From a virus (Duplodnaviria > Caudoviricetes): a stretch of 46,014 nt of DNA. The notes beneath the pieces are model-generated. The model did no database searches and was not told the origin of the DNA. It saw only the letters and a program-made list of their open reading frames with translations. The stretch spans positions 1-46,014 of IMG/VR virus record IMGVR_UViG_3300027863_001761; one strand, 5' to 3'. Position 1 is the first letter of the stretch. Every line of letters begins with the position of its first letter. Below, piece by piece: positions 44,438-46,014 of this stretch. The position numbers and the translations under genes are program-made.

Positions 44438-45256
44438 TTACTCCTTGGATGTCTGGGGTTGGGTGGCGGCGGCGCATTTGGCGATCAGCGCGCGCAGGTC
44501 GGGCGGCTCCAGCAGCTCGAGCTGGCCGGAGCGGTCTTTGGCCGGGTAGCCGTAGGGATTGAGCGTGTGGCAAACAAAGGCACGGTAGGCGCTGCCGTCC
44601 TCGGCCTTGATCTCGGCCAGCGTCACCACCTCGTCGACGATCCCCGGCAGCTCGGCCGCCGTCTTGGCACCCTCGATTTGCGGGGCGTACACCTTGCGGT
44701 TGAAGTCGTCGACACGCTCGTCGAGGATGGCGACGAAGACGACGTGCTTGCCCCGCGCGTGCTGCAAGTGTGTGAGCGCGGTCAGCATCTCGGTGCCGAG
44801 CAAGCCATAGGCGCCGCGCGTGTCTGGCTTGCCGGTACGCTCTGAGATCGCCTGCGGCTGGGTCTTGGCCCAGATGAGCGCCAGCCGCGCGAGCACGGTG
44901 ATGCTGTCGACGAAGTAGCAGTCGTACTTCGCCAGTTGCGCCGGGTCGCCGTAGCGCTCGCACACGTGCCGGTAGTGCGCCTCCGAGAACAGCGCCTCGG
45001 CCGGCAACGCCGGGTTCGGGCCAGCCAGGAAGACGACCAGGTCGCGGAACTCGGGCCAGGTGGTCGGCCGCACGCAGTCGCCGCGCCAGTCCTTCACCGC
45101 GAGGTCCCCGGCTTCCAGGTCGACGAACAGCGTCGAGGCCTCGGGCAGGGTCTTGATCTGGCTGGTCTTGCCGATGCCGCTCTTGCCCAGCAGCACCAGC
45201 TTGACGCCCTGCTTCTCGCGCAGCCGCTGGTCGGCGGTGATGATGGGAAGGGCCAT
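44438..45256 (-). CDS. AAA_24/Sak4-like ATPase
   Basis: GKSGIGKT, DLEAG, FVDSIT, PAKDRSG. Confidence 0.85.
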   Translation of the reverse strand: MALPIITADQRLREKQGVKLVLLGKSGIGKTSQIKTLPEASTLFVDLEAGDLAVKDWRGDCVRPTTWPEFRDLVVFLAGPNPALPAEALFSEAHYRHVCERYGDPAQLAKYDCYFVDSITVLARLALIWAKTQPQAISERTGKPDTRGAYGLLGTEMLTALTHLQHARGKHVVFVAILDERVDDFNRKVYAPQIEGAKTAAELPGIVDEVVTLAEIKAEDGSAYRAFVCHTLNPYGYPAKDRSGQLELLEPPDLRALIAKCAAATQPQTSKE

Positions 45257-46014
45257 CACGCCACCTCCTTCAGCAGTTCGGCGACCGCGGGGTTCCAGAG
45301 GATCTGGTAGCCGCTGTGGCCGTTGCGGGAGTAAGGCATCGCCTCAGCCCAGGCTTCGCCGGCCTCGGTCAGTTCCCACTCGTCGCGCTCGTTGCGCAGC
45401 TGCAGGCCCCGTGCCGCGAGTCGCTGGTTGGTCGCCCGGGCGGTGATGCCGAGCAGCTTGCCGAGCTGGATCGCGTTGAGCGAGCACGTCGGCTCGTTGG
45501 CGGCAGGCAGTGCTCGACGCAGCGTCTCGACCGAGAGCCCGGTGTTCTCGTGGATGCAGGTCAGCGTCGCGGCCATCGCGATGCCGGGCTTCACGCCCGG
45601 GACCTTCGCTACCGCCTCGCCGATCAGCAGGAGGGAGGCGACGCGGTCGTGGGTTGGCGCGGGCAGCGCCAGCGGCCCGCCGCGCCCAGCGTAGGCGCCG
45701 GTCTTGCGGATGGCCGGCAGCACCTCGCTGGTCACCCAGCGCTTGAAGCGCTTGGCCTCGGGCTTTCGGCTCTTGAGGATCGCGGAGTACAGGCCGGACT
45801 CGTTGATGACCAGCATCTCCTGGTCGCCCGATGGGGTACGCACAATCTGCGTACCCTTCTCGTCATCATCGAGCGAGCGGGTCATGTCGCTGGCCATGCG
45901 GTATTCGAGGGACTGGGCGACATCCGCCGCGACGAACCACGGTTCGCCCTGGGTATCGGTGACGACCCGGACCGGACGGCCTTCGAAATCAAACGGAATC
46001 AGTTCGGTGCTCAT
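45256..46014 (-). CDS. Bro-N domain antirepressor
   Basis: FDFEGRPVRVV...PWFVAADV...INESGLYSAILKSRKPEAKRFKRWVTSEVLPAIRKTG. Confidence 0.92.
   Translation of the reverse strand: MSTELIPFDFEGRPVRVVTDTQGEPWFVAADVAQSLEYRMASDMTRSLDDDEKGTQIVRTPSGDQEMLVINESGLYSAILKSRKPEAKRFKRWVTSEVLPAIRKTGAYAGRGGPLALPAPTHDRVASLLLIGEAVAKVPGVKPGIAMAATLTCIHENTGLSVETLRRALPAANEPTCSLNAIQLGKLLGITARATNQRLAARGLQLRNERDEWELTEAGEAWAEAMPYSRNGHSGYQILWNPAVAELLKEVA

Larger units (their letters stand above)
5458..46014 (-). mobile_element. Siphovirus-type prophage; extends beyond the right edge and may include the left R-M genes as cargo
   Basis: Ordered replication, packaging, head, tail and lysis modules; no integrase or att site seen in the window. 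Confidence 0.95.

Noticed and set aside
1-46014. Integrase, att sites, tRNA or rRNA genes, IS elements
   Set aside because: None recognised in the window

Overview
A GC-rich, probably betaproteobacterial window that is almost entirely one siphovirus-type prophage read right to left on the minus strand. From the right end it runs: Bro-N antirepressor, AAA/SSB-like/PD-(D/E)XK recombination genes, P4/D5-type primase-helicase, RuvC-like resolvase, two ParB-fused DNA methyltransferases, HNH plus small and large terminase, HK97-type portal/S49 protease/capsid, a lambda-like tail (G/GT frameshift, tape measure, M-L-K-I-J), tail fibre and lysis genes. A type I R-M hsdS/hsdR pair and an HrgA-like nuclease sit at the left end on the plus strand. 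Toxin-antitoxin genes are inserted antisense in the morphogenesis operon at two places. The most unusual feature is a cassette at about 8.1-13.3 kb. The tail fibre ends in NCNCNCS followed by a non-splicing Hint domain. It is translationally coupled to a full SerC-type PLP aminotransferase, then a 266-aa unknown protein, a radical SAM/SPASM enzyme, a small Cys-containing membrane protein and a terminator. This looks like a candidate RiPP-like system for post-translational maturation of a phage receptor-binding fibre. The prophage also appears chimeric: an orphan lysozyme 3' half follows the Rz stop, two different cos-like sites are present, and a three-copy regulatory motif occurs only outside the apparently swapped module. 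All calls come from reading motifs by eye; no database searches were run.
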